From assembly GCA_964016885.1 (NCBI GenBank), contig OZ024740.1, positions 42,098,001-42,162,000 of the forward strand: a DNA stretch of 64,000 nucleotides. The letters run 5' to 3'. Shown here piece by piece: positions 44,563 through 59,705 of this stretch; positions within the stretch are counted from its first letter, which is position 1; each line of letters opens with the position of its first letter. This stretch comes from Eledone cirrhosa (Eukaryota). Position numbers and translations under genes: made by a program. The notes under the pieces are model-generated. The model made no database searches. It saw only the letters and a list, made by a program, of their open reading frames with translations, and was not told the origin of the DNA.

Positions 44563-44835
44563 GAATGCTGTGTATATCTATCAGCTAATTGATCACGTGT
44601 CGCCGATATAGAGGGACATGCAGTGGGAGCACTTAAGCACATATATGAGGTTGGTAGAGATACAAGACAAAGAGGCCACCCTAGGGCAAAAGGTACGGCC
44701 GATATGGCTAGTGGAGTTGGTGAATGATTGATAGGCATGGCATGAGGGATGGAAACGGGGAGAATCCAAGGAGGGGAGAGAATGAAAGAGCGGGAAGCTT
44801 CAGGTAAGGTAAAGAGATTCCGAAAGTTGAGGAAG
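44563..44835 (-). pseudogene. PLE GIY-YIG endonuclease fragment with upstream Cys linker (Neptune-like)
   Basis: Frame absent from the ORF track: CHAY..RTFCPRVASLSCISTNLIYVLKCSHCMSLYIGDT, frameshift, QLADRYTQH. Confidence 0.75.
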
Positions 44836-45138
44836 TAGAGGCGTACACACAGACACAGACACACACACATATTCACACACACACACATTCACACACACAC
44901 ACAGATTCACACACACATACATTCACACACACACACACATTCACACACGCACACACATTCACACACACACACTCACACACTCTCTCTCTCTCACACACAC
45001 ACACAAACACACACACATACACACGCACTTATACACACACTCCTTTCTTTTTCCTTTGTTTTATTCATAAGAGGCACCACACTTTTTCCCTGACAGACAG
45101 TTCTATGTGTATTTGTTGTAATTTAATTGTTATAAATT

Positions 45139-45325
45139 AATTGTTTCTACTTTCAGCACAAGGCCAGAAATTATCCCAGTGTATTACTGGTACTTTATTT
45201 TATCGACCCCGTAAGGATGAAAGGCAAAGTTAACCTCGGCGGGATTTGAACTCAGACAATAAAGGGCCGTAACTCTTTGCGGCAATGCATGGCGTCTGAC
45301 CCTCTACCAATACTGCCAATCCACC
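45139..45325 (-). mobile_element. tRNA-derived SINE
   Basis: Family match. Confidence 0.85.
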
Positions 45326-45801
45326 AATGTTTGACCCCCGTGTCTTACTCCACCTGGCAGCGTTTGGCTTGTGTCAGACGCTGTGACCACAGGTGGACCA
45401 GCAGTATCATTGGTAGGGGTCGAAACAGCCAAAGTCAGCTTCAACGGCCGTTGACCATGGAGTTCTGTGTCCTTCGTTTGTATTTTTATTCTAAAAAAAT
45501 AATTTTTGAAGGTTTCCTCTTAAAAATTGTTTTTCGTTTTGCCTTGTTTCCGTTCGTTATCTTGTTCTCTCTTTGTTAGTTTTCTTAAGGGCTTAACAAA
45601 TCGTCCTTGTATTATTATATTTACACCCTGATTACACCCTGTGGAGCTAAGCAGAGGATAAATATAATAATACAAGGACGATTTGTTAGGCCCTCATTAC
45701 ATTAATTGATTGGTGACGCGCATTTCACTATTGATCAGCTCATGGTTCGATCTGTATCGATCTGACCCGGCTCTAGAATCAAAAGCTCGTCGGACCTCTG
45801 C

Positions 45802-46030
45802 TGTTGTAATGACAACAGAGTATCGGGATTCGGGAAGTTACCACAGTTAAATTAGGTATTCAATACGTCAAAAGGTTAGTAGAGAATAAGCATAAATATT
45901 TTATATAGAAATAGCTTCTACAGAAGTGCTTCATTCATATAAAATTATCAGGAAATTCTTGATGATTTCATAGGAACGAAACAGATCTAGACCTGTATTA
46001 GTCACTTCGATATAAAATGAATGAATAAAT
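45802..46030. mobile_element. Diverged family B fold-back
   Basis: Tail similar to 19550-19630; TTGATGA-TTTCATAGGAAC-GAAA-CAGATCTAGACCTG-TA at 45959-45997. Confidence 0.6.
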
Positions 46031-46072
46031 CAATATATATATGATATGATATAACATACTATATTATAATAT

Positions 46073-46238
46073 AATTGTTTCTACTTTTGGCACAAGGCCA
46101 ATAATTACCCAGTGCATTACTGGTACTTTATTTTATCGACCCCGTAAGGATGAAAGGAAAAGTTAACCTCGGCAGGATTTGAACTCAGATTATAAAGGGG
46201 AATAACTCAATGCTTCAAAGCATGGCGTCCGTCTCTCT
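46073..46238 (-). mobile_element. SINE, truncated
   Basis: Family match. Confidence 0.8.
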
Positions 46239-46305
46239 ATAATATGATATAATAAGATACAATGTAATACAATATAATATAATAGACACACGCACACACA
46301 CAGAT

Positions 46306-46411
<106 letters not shown>

Positions 46412-47049
46412 TTACACAGACACACACACACACATATACATATATATATATAATAGAGGTGACTATGAAAACATATATAAACATATATAAACATATATAT
46501 GTTTATATACAATAAACATATAGGTCGCCTCTACTGCCGAAGAAAAATTTTTTTTTCATAACGAAACGAAAAAAGTTTTATTTTTCTCTATTTTCCTCTA
46601 TGAAAAAATAGCAAAAGAAATAACAAAAAACAAAACAAAAAACAATATGTAAGGCTTTCTGGCTTGTGGGATATTACCACAATACTTGAAAAGTGTCCGT
46701 CATCTTGGAAACTGCTTTATATGTATGTTAATTTTGATTTTGATATTGTTAGTTTTCACCACAAAGTGGTAGTTTGTATCACCATTTACACCCAGTTCTC
46801 ATTACTCCTGCAGATATTATGTACCATAGTCTTCATTGATAATACATGAGCTTCTGTCCTCCCAACAGACTGCTTGATATCTCTCAAAGTCAACCATCTG
46901 TGTTGCATTTTCCAATAAATCTGTACTTTCTACATATGAATGTCAACAATATCAGCAACCGAACCATCATTAATGGAATTAGTAGTTTGTGTATGTAACA
47001 TATCTCATTCTTAAAGAAGACACACGAAGATATATTATTTAGTGATTTC

Positions 47050-47385
47050 TAATCTAGGCACAATGACAGTCATTTGTGGGGAGGGGGAGTACTTTATTTT
47101 ATCGATAGCGAAAGAATAAAAGGCAAAGATCACCTCAGTAGGATTTGAACTCAGAAGGTAAAGAGTCGTAACGAAATACCGCAAAGTATTTTGTCCGAGG
47201 CCTTAACAGTTCTGTAAATTCGCCGTTCTTTTTAACAATTAGTAATTCTTTCTAGCATTGGCACAAGGCCAACAATTTTGGAGGAATGGAGAAATTCGAT
47301 TATATCGACCTTGGAAAGGTGAAAAGCAAAGTTGATCTCGGCAAGATTTGAACGTCGTAACTAAGTACCGGAAAGCATTTCACCT
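47050..47385 (-). mobile_element. Two old diverged SINE remnants
   Basis: GGCACAA..AAGGCAAAG..GATTTGAAC segments occur twice. Confidence 0.6.
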
Positions 47386-48318
47386 GACCTACTTATTCAA
47401 ATATTAACAATGATATATTGTAGATCATGTGCTATAGATCACATGGTAAGCTCACGGCAAAACGAGGTTGTAAGTTAATGTGAATCCTTGGAAGAAACTT
47501 TTCCTCTTACCTACCACGTTAATACCCCAGAGAAATGTCAATACTTAATCCTCACTATACTCACCTTTGATGCTGTTGAATCTTATAACACGTAAATGGA
47601 GTAAGAATTATCTAGCAACGATTTCGATTCTCGATCAAACGCATATCACTTTTCTTATGACGCTAAGTGAAAGAAAAAAAAAATGACGAACAACGCAAAA
47701 TCTCATTTACATTTCCTTGTAAATTTTGGATATGTATCTAGACAAGAGAAATCAATGTATTTATATCATTGCATAAATCAGCATATAGCAGGAAATAAGC
47801 TTACGGCAAGCTGTGTCTGCGATCCAGTTTCAATTACCAGTAGAAGACACTTCCCGTCAGACACGCCACAAAAGTGATATATAACACGATATGTATGTCT
47901 GAGATTCTCATTTCTCTTTACCCACACCCCAATCCTATTATCATACAAGAAACAATCAATATTTTCCACAGAATACTGATGAATTGGCAGTAACAATATA
48001 ACAATATAACGTCGGAATGTTTGCCTCAAAGTATTCTGTTTCTTTCCTCAAACTTAGCAGTTTAAATTCTGTTATGACAAATTAATTGTCAGTAATAATA
48101 CTAAGATTAATCTAATCCTTTATATTCAATTCTATAAACATGACCTTCTGCAAAGGTGATAAACCAACATTTAGCATAGAACAGAAAATGGTCGGTAGTT
48201 AGTACACACATTAAGGCGGCAAATGCTTACTTGTATTTAGTTTTGTCCAATTCTCTACTTTCTCTTGTTAGTTAATATTGCGACTATATTATATACTACT
48301 ATTAATAATTATTTATAA

Positions 48319-48375
<57 letters not shown>

Positions 48376-48380
48376 AAGTA

Positions 48381-48452
<72 letters not shown>

Positions 48453-48540
48453 TACTTCATGATGATTTCTCTCGAATGAAACAGTTCTAGTCCTGTAGAA
48501 CCCTTTCCATATTAAATAAATATATATATAGATATATATA

Positions 48541-48733
48541 GTAGTTCTACAACAGTTAGTTCACCATACTGAGAACAAATGTTTCACCTTATTCGGATCC
48601 TAGACCGAGCCGAGGATCCGAATAAGGTGAAACATTTGTTCTCGGTGAACAAACTGTTGCAGAACTACTTCCCCAAATTCGTCCCATGGACTGAGTGCTC
48701 TACTACTACGGATATAACGCACAAGTGTTCTAC

Positions 48734-48734
<1 letters not shown>
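48541..48734 (+). mobile_element. Mini fold-back with HHR-like motif; same family at 63897-64000
   Basis: CCGAG-CCGAGGA-TCCGAATAAGGT-GAAA-CATTTG-TT-CTCGG; arms 48541-48601 and 48612-48669; tail GGACTGAGTGC. Confidence 0.7.
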
Positions 48735-48761
<27 letters not shown>

Positions 48762-48767
<6 letters not shown>

Positions 48768-49302
48768 TATGAAGAGAGAAGAAACATTTAGATATAATTA
48801 GTAATAAAATGTATCATACCTAAACTGTTCCTAAATTCCTCGACTACGTAGTTTCGTGGCATAAACAAAAACAATATATCAAAGATATAGAGTCCTTGCG
48901 AGGTCTGCCGACTTATCAAGAGGATACCTCATTTTACTGGTCTCAAGAACGCGTCTACACGACGTGAGATTCTTTCTCACGTCGTGTAGACGCGTTCTTG
49001 AGACCAGTAAAATGAGGTATCCTCTTGATAAGTCGGCATACCTCGCAAGGACTCTATATCTTTGATATATTGTTTTTGTTTATGCCACGAAACTACGTAG
49101 TCGAGGAATTTAGGAACAGTTTAGGTATGATACATTTTATTACTAATTATATCTAAATGTTTCTTCTCTCTTCATAATGTATTTTTAACTCTGATACTGG
49201 TTCAGTCTAGTTCAAACTGAATTGGTCTGTCCCAGTCATTCATTGAGCAACATCGGTGAAGTTGGCACCCTTAACTCACAGTTGGGTGCGGATGCATTCA
49301 TG
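48762..49302 (+). mobile_element. pLTR fold-back cassette
   Basis: ~210-bp near-perfect arms at 48762-48970 and 48974-49182, plus a ~120-bp tail. Confidence 0.85.
49020..49107 (+). ncRNA. Type I hammerhead ribozyme, U3-A8 variant
   Basis: TCCTC-TTGATAA-GTCGGCATA..TATGCCAC-GAAA-CTACGTAG-TC-GAGGA. Confidence 0.78.
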
Positions 49303-49338
49303 TATATATGTGTGTGTCCGCATGTATCTGTGTGTTTC

Positions 49339-50094
<756 letters not shown>

Positions 50095-51334
50095 ATATAT
50101 ATAAATTACACAAGTATCAAAGTTATGTTCAAATCATTTAATCGCTGACAATTGTTTCTTCCAAACTTTAGTTTGGAGCCATGGGGGCATTATCAATGTT
50201 TGTACATATAATTAACCTCCTATTAAACTGAACAATCATATAGATACATATATATTGATGTTGTGAACAACAGTTTAGTATTTACAGAGTGTAATGGATG
50301 CGACATATATTATACGAGAATTGTACAATAATTCAAATTCAAATTCAAATTAAAATTAAAATTAAAAGCACAGAGTGGAATACATGCGACAGATAATACA
50401 AGAGAATAGTCTAATAATTAAAGAGCCATTGAGAATGAAGTACATATTCAAGCGTGTAGAGAATGCACATGCGTTAGTCATATATATGATAAGGAAACAA
50501 GGAAAGATATATATGAATACTGTATGGCAAGGTATTACATAAAATAAAAGCACTTTAAGCGAATATGTTAGTGTATTATGGAGGATGTAATGCGATGATA
50601 GTTTCTGTATAGTTCAAATTTGTATGTGTGTAGAATATGAAAGTTACTGATTTCCGATCCATTACATATGCTAAGTTATATTTTAGTTAATGTTTGTATT
50701 GAATGTTTTTAGTTAGTTATAGTAATGGTCTTATTGTATTCATATTCATGGATTAGAGTTGTTCTACAGCGAGATTTTCCAGCGGTTTAATATCCGGAAG
50801 TGGATACGAGATAAAAAATTAAGGGGACCTAATGCGTAAGGGGAGGTAACTAGCTCATTACACTATTTAAATTCTTTGCTCTAATAGACATTATATAGTG
50901 TCACAATTGAATCCCTTTTACATGATGTTTTATATTTATATTTAATTTTAAATACAGTCTACTCTCTCATAATATATTAAACGTTTCATTAGATTGTTAT
51001 CTACCCAATACTAGGCAAGATATGGAATAATGTATAGCTGTTTATATGTTAAATTAGATAAATCCCTTATGTTAATAAATAAATCCTTTATATACAATGT
51101 TATTAATTTATACATTTAATTATAAATATATATATAATTTATTGTCACATATTACATTTAATGTCTATACATATTATATATCAATTACTGTATACATTAT
51201 GAGTAATCTAAAGTATTTATATTAAAAGGTGGTGACTAGATGTTTATTTCTAATATTTATTGTAGAGTATAATGTTAGAGATAAATAGGATTTGTGTAGA
51301 GGAAAGAGGAATGAATTATATATACATTTATAAT

Positions 51335-51428
51335 TACAGGACTAGAATTGTTTCATTCAGGAGAATGAAGCCCAGGGCTTCTTGAAGATTTCTCCCGAAT
51401 GAAACAATTCTAGTCCTATAGGAGCCTT

Positions 51429-51430
<2 letters not shown>
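51335..51430 (+). mobile_element. Family B mini fold-back with HHR-like motif
   Basis: GGCTTC-TTGAAGA-TTTCTCCCGAAT-GAAA-CAATTCTAGTCCTA-TA-GGAGCC. Confidence 0.6.
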
Positions 51431-51471
<41 letters not shown>

Positions 51472-51474
<3 letters not shown>

Positions 51475-51701
51475 TTGCGAGGTTTTTTATATGAAATCGT
51501 GTGTCGAAACAAATATTGTTATACTTGGGGAGGGTCATATTATTTTTGACCGTCGGTCAGTCAATGGCAACATTGAGGACCGAGTAAGTTAGATTACCGA
51601 TATAAAAGACACAGAAGCGAGAAGCGAAAACCAACCAAACAGTGAGTGTGTTCTGTTATTAATTCTAGCAATATTACACAAATATGACCCTCCCCAAGTA
51701 T

Positions 51702-51771
<70 letters not shown>

Positions 51772-51998
51772 TTGCGAGGTTTTTTATATGAAATCGTGTG
51801 TCGAAACAAATATTGTTATACTTGGGGAGGGTCATATTATTTTTGACCGTCGGTCAGTCAATGGCAACATTGAGGACCGAGTAAGTTAGATTACCGATAT
51901 AAAAGACACAGAAGCGAGAAGCGAAAACCAACCAAACAGTGAGTGTGTTCTGTTATTAATTCTAGCAATATTACACAAATATGACCCTCCCCAAGTAT

Positions 51999-52040
<42 letters not shown>

Positions 52041-52267
52041 TTGCGAGGTTTTTTATATGAAATCGTGTGTCGAAACAAATATTGTTATACTTGGGGAGGG
52101 TCATATTATTTTTGACCGTCGGTCAGTCAATGGCAACATTGAGGACCGAGTAAGTTAGATTACCGATATAAAAGACACAGAAGCGAGAAGCGAAAACCAA
52201 CCAAACAGTGAGTGTGTTCTGTTATTAATTCTAGCAATATTACACAAATATGACCCTCCCCAAGTAT

Positions 52268-52327
<60 letters not shown>

Positions 52328-52554
52328 TTGCGAGGTTTTTTATATGAAATCGTGTGTCGAAACAAATATTGTTATACTTGGGGAGGGTCATATTATTTTT
52401 GACCGTCGGTCAGTCAATGGCAACATTGAGGACCGAGTAAGTTAGATTACCGATATAAAAGACACAGAAGCGAGAAGCGAAAACCAACCAAACAGTGAGT
52501 GTGTTCTGTTATTAATTCTGGCAATATTACACAAATATGACCCTCCCCAAGAAT

Positions 52555-52560
<6 letters not shown>
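51472..52560 (+). repeat. Four near-identical 236-bp units separated by variable (TA)n
   Basis: Units start at 51472, 51769, 52038 and 52325; each has an internal inverted repeat ATTGTTATACTTGGGGAGGGTCATAT. Confidence 0.93.
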
Positions 52561-52604
<44 letters not shown>

Positions 52605-52655
52605 AAAAAAGATGAAATCAAAAATGCAACTGGAGTCTTTTTTTTAATAGAAATA

Positions 52656-53317
52656 CTAGCAGTGGTACCCGGCGTTGTACGAGATAAGGTATTTTGGAAC
52701 GCAGGCCGCCAACAGAACTAATCGTGGAAAAAACTGCATGCCTGGACAATATGTAAAGAAAATAAACCGAATACTCTGATGGCTAGATAATCTGTAACAT
52801 TTTCCTCGATGAAGCTGGAAAGATGCAGGTTTTCACCTAATGCGGGCCCCAGGGGATCAAGAAAAGAAATTTTTTTATGTGCATAATATGCCTTAACATT
52901 TCGGGAAAATCGACGAGACGTAACGCCTCCAAAAAGCCCTAAGAACCTGAAAAAATGAAGTTGTTCACCTAATACGGGCCCTAGGCCATAAGAAAGTTAG
53001 ATTTTCTTTGCTTACGGTATGAAGAAGAGAGTGACTAATACATAGTTACAGTTTCAAGGAAATCGGTCTGACGTAACGTCTCAAACAAACCCTAAAAATC
53101 TTAAAAAGCGCAGTTTTTCACCTAATGCGGGCCCTGGGAGATAAAAAAAGTTGAATTTTTGTATGTGCATAACACTCCTTGAAACAAGTAATACACATGT
53201 AAAGTTTGAAAAAATATCGGTTGGGTACTTCTCGAGTTTTAGGGATTCAAACTCACAGACACACACACACATGCACACACACACACACACACACACACAC
53301 CCACACACACACACACA

Positions 53318-53365
<48 letters not shown>

Positions 53366-53667
53366 GACATCCTCAGGGAAGTGACGTAATACAGACAGCC
53401 AGACATACAGACAGATATTATAAGGGCGCGACGTTATATGTATGTATCTATCTAAAAAGAGAAAGACTAAGAATTATAGAGCGAGATCGCTAAATCGCCT
53501 AATGCGGTCCCTAAGGCATTGAAAATTTGAAATGGTTTCACTCAGAACACTCCCTGAAACATAAGTATTACATGTGTAAAGTTTGAAAAGAGTCGGTTGG
53601 GTGGTTCTCGAGTTTTAGGGATTCGAACTCACACACACACAGTCATCCTCAGTTTTATATATATAGA
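52656..53667 (-). mobile_element. Non-autonomous Helitron
   Basis: Minus: 5' TCTATATATATAAAACTGAGG..GTGTGTG; 3' CAACGCCGGGTACCACTGCTAG; internal CACCTAATGCGGGCCC sub-repeats. Confidence 0.78.
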
Positions 53668-53900
53668 CTAGCAGAAAACCACCCGGTGGGTGGTTTTCTG
53701 CTAGTCGATATATATTTAACACACACACAAACACAAATACAGACACACACACACATACATATATATATATACACCCATGTTCATATTTTGAGATGCATTA
53801 TTCTCAAATCAGATTATTATCTCTCACAGGAAGAACCAGTTTATAATTTTTAAGAAAAATTAAGCATACAGACATATTTTAGGAAACTTATGAATTCCTG

Positions 53901-53931
<31 letters not shown>

Positions 53932-55971
53932 TTACACAGATACACACAGACATACGCACAGACAGACACACACGCATACAGACACATACGCTAACACACA
54001 CATACCATACACACACTCATACATACGCACATATGCACACACGCTAACACACACATACACACGCACATACACACTTAAACTTATATATATGTATATATAT
54101 AGAGAGACACACATAATATACATATATTATATATAATATATATATGCAAAAGTTTTATTTAAAATTGTTGGGTTGCAACAAGTAAATATTTTATAACTGA
54201 TATAAAGCACTCGACAAGTTTTGGAGTAGATATACGATATTAAACAAATGGAAACTATATTTATAAAACCATATTTATTTCATTATACATATTTCGGGGA
54301 TACCATATTAAAAATATGGCATGCCTTCTTCAGATAAAATACAATATATAGACAGTTTTATAAATAATTTTGACGTACCATAAATATTGAGCAATCGTTA
54401 TGTAAGAAGCCGATTTGGTAGTGAGATGTTTATAAATATTTAGTGTTAAGCACAGTTAAAAAGAAAGACGGAGAAAAAGAAGAAATGTATGTAAAGAAAA
54501 AAAGAGAGAAATAGAGAGAGATAGGGGAGAGAGAAATAGTGAGGAGGTGAAAAAAGAGAAGCAGCTGAAGGCAACAGATGAATAATAATAATTCATCATA
54601 CAAATTGAGAGATTTAGGAGGGAGGGAGTACTGTAATTATTTAGTTATAGTGTTGAGGACAGTTGGGGAGGAGACGGAGAGAAATAAAAAATGAAGAGAT
54701 AACAGAGAGGGAGAAAGATAGAGGTGGGGGGGGGGGAGAAAGAGGTAGACCAAATAATAATAATTATATAGGGGGAGGTGAAAATCAAGAGAGAAACAGG
54801 AGAGAAATAAGAGAGAAACTAGAGAGGCAAAGTTAAAACAACAGATACATATACTTTATATATAAAGAGCGAGGAGAAGAAAGAGCTATATCTAGAGAGA
54901 GGGATGATAGATTTTCATCTTTACGTTATGTCTTATCAATTTGAATTATCAATTCATATGAATTGGGTAATATAATGTAAATATCAATATTCATGAATGA
55001 GACATAGATATATAATGTGTGAAAATAATTTTGCTCAATAATGACCATATGTTTAGTTTAAAATTCTGAGGTCGATGTACCAAAACTGAGATAAAACTTC
55101 AAAAAATACGGAAATATATAAGTATATACACATGCATATGCACTTTCCGGAAAAGGAAAGAAAGAGAAAAAGAGAAGGTCATCTCAAGTTCTAGTTGATA
55201 TTATAGACATACCCATGATTTTACGTGATCAACTCTGTAATTTCTTGTTTCACAAAAAAAAAAATTTTTCCCTGTGTTATAAAAGATTTTACTATATATA
55301 TATACATAAAAAATAAACGATTAATATTCTTGCCCTCACATACATGATTATCGTTCATGTATAGAATATTATGCATATCTGTAACATATCCAGAACTATA
55401 CCCACACATACATATAGATATATATGTATGCACACATACAGGTACATGGACAGATAAAATATACTCTGTAATCATTCCATATGCATATTAATACATATGG
55501 CCTTGTACAGAGACAACCAGATATCAATATATCAGCACAGAAATATCAAAACGTTAAAAATATTTACATCACTCCCTAGAGTATTTCGGGCCATAAAAAC
55601 ACAGTATGCCCCTCATATCAACCACAGAAATCTACCCTTCCAATTTATCTGACAATATATTGCCAAGTTCATTAGAAGCAATCAGAATCAAAAAGCAAAC
55701 AAAAAACCAAAAATTATTCAACAAAACTTATTTAGCAGAAATCATTTAAAAGATTTAGGAGACCCTGTTGTTCAACGGATGCTCTTATATTTAGTATAGA
55801 AGTTTATCTTGCGTAAAATTTATTCAATAGATTGGGAGCATCTACATTTTAGGGTAGTTTAATTACATCATTAGTATATATTTATGAAGAAAGTTTAAAA
55901 GAAAAAGTTGAAGGTATCGAAAGATTTATCGTCAGGTTTCATACATTAATTAAATATCTTAATTAATTATA

Positions 55972-56262
55972 CTACATTTTAAATTTATATTTATATTTAA
56001 ACGTTGAGTTCAATCTATGTCTGCAGCAACTGAATAAATTGCTCCTTAAATTAAGGGAATTTTTGGATTTTAATATAAAGAATATCTCCTCCACACAGAG
56101 GTCACATGTCTCAGATGAGGAATTAAAAAGAATCCCTCTTGAGACAATATTCCAAAACATCGAATACCCAACGTTATCATGTTTAAGTTGCCAGAGTAAG
56201 CCTGATAGTGAAGTTGAAGATTTTTTGTTTGGATCTGTGAAAGAATTCTTATGATTATTCAA
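55972..56262 (-). pseudogene. PLE GIY-YIG endonuclease C-terminal fragment
   Basis: NNHKNSF..STSLSGLLWQLK..WNIV..CDLCVEE..LNLRSNLFSCCRH. Confidence 0.8.
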
Positions 56263-56837
56263 TAATCTATCATCCCTCTCTCTAGATATAGCTCTTTCTT
56301 CTCCTTGCTCTTTATATATAAAGTATATGTATCTGTTGTTTTAACTTTGCCTCTCAAGTTTCTCTCTTATTTCTCTCCTGTTTCTCTCTTGATTTTCACC
56401 TCCCCCTATATAATTATTATTATTTGGTCTACCTCTTTCTCCCCCCCCCCCACCTCTATCTTTCTCCCTCTCTGTTATCTCTTCATTTTTTATTTCTCTC
56501 CGTCTCCTCCCCAACTGTCCTCAACACTATAACTAAATAATTACAGTACTCCCTCCCTCCTAAATCTCTCAATTTGTATGATGAATTATTATTATTCATC
56601 TGTTGCCTTCAGCTGCTTCTCTTTTTTCACCTCCTCACTATTTCTCTCTCCCCTATCTCTCTCTATTTCTCTCTTTTTTTCTTTACATACATTTCTTCTT
56701 TTTCTCCGTCTTTCTTTTTAACTGTGCTTAACACTAAATATTTATAAACATCTCACTACCAAATCGGCTTCTTACATAACGATTGCTCAATATTTATGGT
56801 ACGTCAAAATTATTTATAAAACTGTCTATATATTGTA

Positions 56838-56899
56838 TTTTATCTGAAGAAGGCATGCCATATTTTTAATATGGTATCCCCGAAATATGTATAATGAAA
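56838..56899 (+). ncRNA. Type I hammerhead ribozyme (mirror copy on minus at ~54278-54339)
   Basis: TTTTAT-CTGAAGA-AGGCATGCCATAT TTTTA ATATGGTATCCCC-GAAA-T ATGT A-TA-ATGAAA. Confidence 0.75.
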
Positions 56900-57205
56900 T
56901 AAATATGGTTTTATAAATATAGTTTCCATTTGTTTAATATCGTATATAATATATATATATATATTATATATATATATATATATTATATACACATACACAC
57001 ACATATAACACAACCCATATATAAAACACACACACGCACACACATACACACACATATAACACACACACACACATATATAACACACACACGCACACACATA
57101 CACACACACATACACACACACATATAACACACACACATATAATACACACACACACACGCATACAGACACATATAACACACACACACACACGCATACACAC
57201 ACATA

Positions 57206-57245
<40 letters not shown>

Positions 57246-57595
57246 CTCAGCCCAAGTGAGTTGGTTAAAACACCAAAAGCCAGTCTTAAAGTTGTCGTCT
57301 GTAAATTCAAAGAACTCGGCTGTGTCTTTGCTAGATCTCCATGGTAACTATTCCAAGGTCGCGCATGCCATGGCTGGGAACGCAGGTGTCATGTGGTGGC
57401 CTAGAACGCTGGTTGTTGGAATCAGTGGTCGACGACATAACATATCTGTTAGAACACGAAAAGTGTGAAACAACAGAATGTTCACTTTTCGTGTTCTAAC
57501 ATATATGCCTAGCTTCTTCATAAATTTTTCGGGGATAGCCGTGGTGGTGGTGATCGTATGTCATTGGCTAATTTTCAACCAATCAGAGTAAGTGT

Positions 57596-57631
<36 letters not shown>

Positions 57632-58968
57632 TATTCCCCCTCTCTCTATATATATCTTATGCTTTCGCTTTTCACTCCTCCCCTTCAATAACACATTTCC
57701 CCCTCTCTCTATATATCTCTTCCACTGTTACTTACGCCTGTTTCTCTCTATCTGTTCCGTCTCTATATATATCTCTCTTACTCTTTCGCTTTGCACTCCT
57801 CCCCTACAATACCATCTCTCCCCCTCTCTATATATTTGTTACTCTATCGCTGCACGCTCCTCTCCTTCAATATATCAATTACACACGCTTTACACTCCTT
57901 TATCCCCAGCGCCCCTATATATACACCCCCCCTCCCGCATCTATATTTTAATGTTCCGTTGCACCGTGAATATATGTGTCTATATACATATATATTGTAT
58001 ATACACATTCATGTATGTGTATACACACTCATGTATGTATATACACTGGTTTTATGTGTGTAATGTAAATTTGTACTGTTAAAACACGAAACTAACATTC
58101 GATTGACACTTTGATTACCTGTACAGGCAATAGTTATTAGAATGCTGTTGAAGTGTGTATATATTTTGGGGGGACATCCTGTATATACACACATTATATA
58201 TAATACAATAAACAGATAAATACACACATATATATATGAGCTTATTTAATTATAAATATTGTGAATTTTTAACTCAGTTCAATTATATATATAAATGGCT
58301 TCTACAGGACTAGAACTGTTTCATTCGAAAGAAATCATCATAATATTGAGAGGGGGGACTAGATAAAATATTTCAAATCAAATGTGTATAAGTTATAAGT
58401 TAAAATGTATAAATAGAGACGATAGTGGAGGTATATCTGTTTAGTGGAACAGTAGACGATAGAATTAAATACAGACGAGAATCTCCCTTTAATGAAACAG
58501 CAGACGATAGAATTAAGGCAATTTAAATTTTAAGCATTTGCCTTTCATCGTTACGGGGTCGATAAAATAAAGTACCAGTAATACACTGTCACTATAAGTA
58601 GACGACTTTCAAATTGAATTGTTGGTTCCATTTCTTTAGTATTTTCAATTGTAGTTATCTACTTAAAATGCGTTACACGGTTAGAGACATAATTGGTAAG
58701 TTATATCTTCCCTATTAAACCATTGCATTATTTCGCCTACAATAGAACAAAAATGAAATGTTCTTTAAAGAAACAGGAATATAACTTTATAAAAAAAAAA
58801 GTTGCATCCGCTTCTTTTATCATTGATAACTTTTTCGTTTTAATATTAATTGTTTTTTGTAGTTGTTTATATTAAAAATCTTACTGTAATATTTACTTAA
58901 ACGAAGGCAGACATCTAAACTTATAGATTAATCTTGAGCGAAGGACTAGATAAATCTCTCTCTCTCTC

Positions 58969-59034
<66 letters not shown>

Positions 59035-59539
59035 AACGAAGAATGATAACATTTCAAGCAAAGAGTTTAATTAGGTAATGACTTACAAATTTGTTTCAGT
59101 ATATAGACAAAGCCTGAAGCGCTAATTATAATAATTAGTTAATAATATTACAAAATATATTAATATTATATTAAATATATACTGAAACAAATTTGTTTAG
59201 CAGAAAGTTTCCAGACAAGAAACACGCATATTTTGCTATCCTCAAACACGTTTACACATGGCATGAAATATAACTAATCCGAGATGGCTAGGTTTCATCT
59301 TCTAACTGGATAAACGAAATCCATTATGTCTTGACAACAACATGAGGTAACATTATGTTATTCACAGACACACTTTGTACACTGTTCCATATCAGAATGT
59401 ATTTCCTTCGTCACATTCACAAACAGTATTGAAAATATGTTCTTCGGCAAATAAAAATGTTTTGTTCATAATATTTCAACTAGCGATTGCTCTACTCCAC
59501 GCACGACCACCATAAATTAATGACCAGCTCAACACAAGT

Positions 59540-59705
59540 ATTGGTAGAGCGTCAGACACCATGCTTTGCAGTATTGTTATGGTCCTTTGCATTCTAAGTT
59601 CAAATCCTGCCGAGGTTAACTTCGACTTTCATACTTACTAATTCGATAAAATAAAGTACCAGTAATGGACTGCCGTAATGGATTTGTGCCGAAAAATAGA
59701 AACAC
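59540..59705 (+). mobile_element. Diverged SINE (partial copy also at 58537-58588)
   Basis: Family match. Confidence 0.7.

Larger units (their letters stand above)
54146..56946 (-). mobile_element. 5'-truncated PLE with a ~680-bp inverted pLTR at the truncation point
   Basis: Arms 54231-54912 and 56264-56946 almost identical; endonuclease fragment abuts the right arm. Confidence 0.85.

Noticed and set aside
51472-52560. CRISPR-like repeat/spacer appearance
   Set aside because: Repeats are 236 bp, spacers are pure (TA)n, the context is eukaryotic and there are no cas genes
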